From positions 33,789 to 97,788 of IMG/VR virus record IMGVR_UViG_2910170622_000001: a DNA stretch of 64,000 nucleotides. One strand, 5' to 3'. This document shows, piece after piece, positions 63,440 to 64,000 of this stretch. The stretch's first letter is position 1. Each line of letters opens with the position of its first letter. A model generated the notes under the pieces. That model was not told the DNA's origin. It did no database searches and saw nothing but the letters and a program-made list of their open reading frames with translations. The stretch comes from a virus. The position numbers were made by a program, and so were the translations under genes.

Positions 63440-63658
63440 GTGAAGCGTCAAACCTATGAATCGTTCAAGGTGCGTCCGTGGTCGGGCACAGTAACTTTCG
63501 ATCCGAAACCAGGAAAGAACTACGAACCTGGAACGCTCGTGTATCAGCGATCGGGCAGTACTGCCAATTACATCGACGTGTTGATTGGCAAAAACACCGA
63601 AGAGAAAAGCATTGGGACGATGGAGTTAGTTGAAGCAGTACAGGAGCAAGCAGCGTGA
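63440..63658 (+). CDS. Hypothetical protein
   Basis: AAGG RBS; ends EQAA. Confidence 0.5.
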   Translation: MKRQTYESFKVRPWSGTVTFDPKPGKNYEPGTLVYQRSGSTANYIDVLIGKNTEEKSIGTMELVEAVQEQAA

Positions 63659-64000
63659 TAAGACAAAGAGCTAATCAGTGGATTACAACTGGCGAAGTTG
63701 GGACAAGCTCTAAAACAATTTGGGCTGTACTGACAGGCACGATCTCAGAACAAGGGCGATCGTGCGGCATAAATTTTGACACTCCTTCTGACGCTGACGA
63801 TTTCAGTCGTTGCTACAAGCTGCTGCAACTCATACCGGAATGGAGAACACGACTGCCAGAGGTAGCAGAAGTCTTCCCTAAGTGGTTGCCCATTGTTGAA
63901 ATGTGGGACGACCTCACAATCCTGTATGAAGACAAGCAATGGGAGGGAATTTATGAACGTCTTGATGCCGTGCGCGATCGGTGCATGGAGTTAGACGGAT
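63655..64000 (+). CDS. Conserved phage hypothetical protein, 3'-partial
   Basis: GTGA-coupled; W..TGEVGTSSKTI...PSDADDFSRCYKLL..IPEW; open to the window end. Confidence 0.6.
   Translation, partial: MIRQRANQWITTGEVGTSSKTIWAVLTGTISEQGRSCGINFDTPSDADDFSRCYKLLQLIPEWRTRLPEVAEVFPKWLPIVEMWDDLTILYEDKQWEGIYERLDAVRDRCMELDG

Larger units (their letters stand above)
8342..64000. mobile_element. Cyanobacterial temperate phage / phage-plasmid segment (incomplete in window)
   Basis: Tape measure, tail fibre, GH19 endolysin with holin-like genes, HTH switch, homing endonucleases, dense small-ORF operons and abundant HIP1. No head, terminase or integrase genes seen. Confidence 0.85.

Noticed and set aside
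1-64000. CRISPR array or mini-array
   Set aside because: No constant repeat with unique spacers; the repeats seen are iterons, gene junctions or two-copy DRs.

Overview
The window has two sharply different parts. (1) 1-8341 is a head-to-tail array (about 1.9 copies visible, period 4352 bp) of a small cyanobacterial rolling-circle plasmid of the pC194/pUB110 Rep_1 type. Each unit carries an HUH Rep, dso and sso, a type II R-M pair (SPPY methyltransferase plus an EcoO109I/PmeII-like endonuclease), an RHH protein and a membrane protein. (2) 8342-64000 is a HIP1 (GCGATCGC)-rich cyanobacterial temperate phage or phage-plasmid segment. It contains tape measure and tail/fibre genes, a GH19 lysis module, two TnpB-bearing IS200/IS605-type elements, several homing endonucleases, two replication-initiator-type genes, many XRE/RHH regulators and a repressor/Cro-like switch. 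I saw no terminase, capsid, portal or integrase. The key observation is that the plasmid array stops exactly at the predicted Rep nick site (minus strand CTTG^A, in the loop of the dso hairpin) and is fused there into the middle of a phage LAGLIDADG gene whose minus strand reads CTCG at the join. This suggests Rep-mediated, rolling-circle-transposon-like joining of an R-M plasmid concatemer to a phage; a contig-join or chimera artefact must be excluded with reads. Other highlights are a tRNA-shaped RNA with a rebuilt core (27877-27991), a phage cluster with an EAL phosphodiesterase, a GspG-like pilin and a 2H phosphoesterase (38.1-41.7 kb), a membrane-ATPase transfer-like module, a tandem-PAS protein beside the repressor, and an IS that inserted into a shared stop codon and rebuilt it. 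All family calls come from motifs read by eye; no database search was run.
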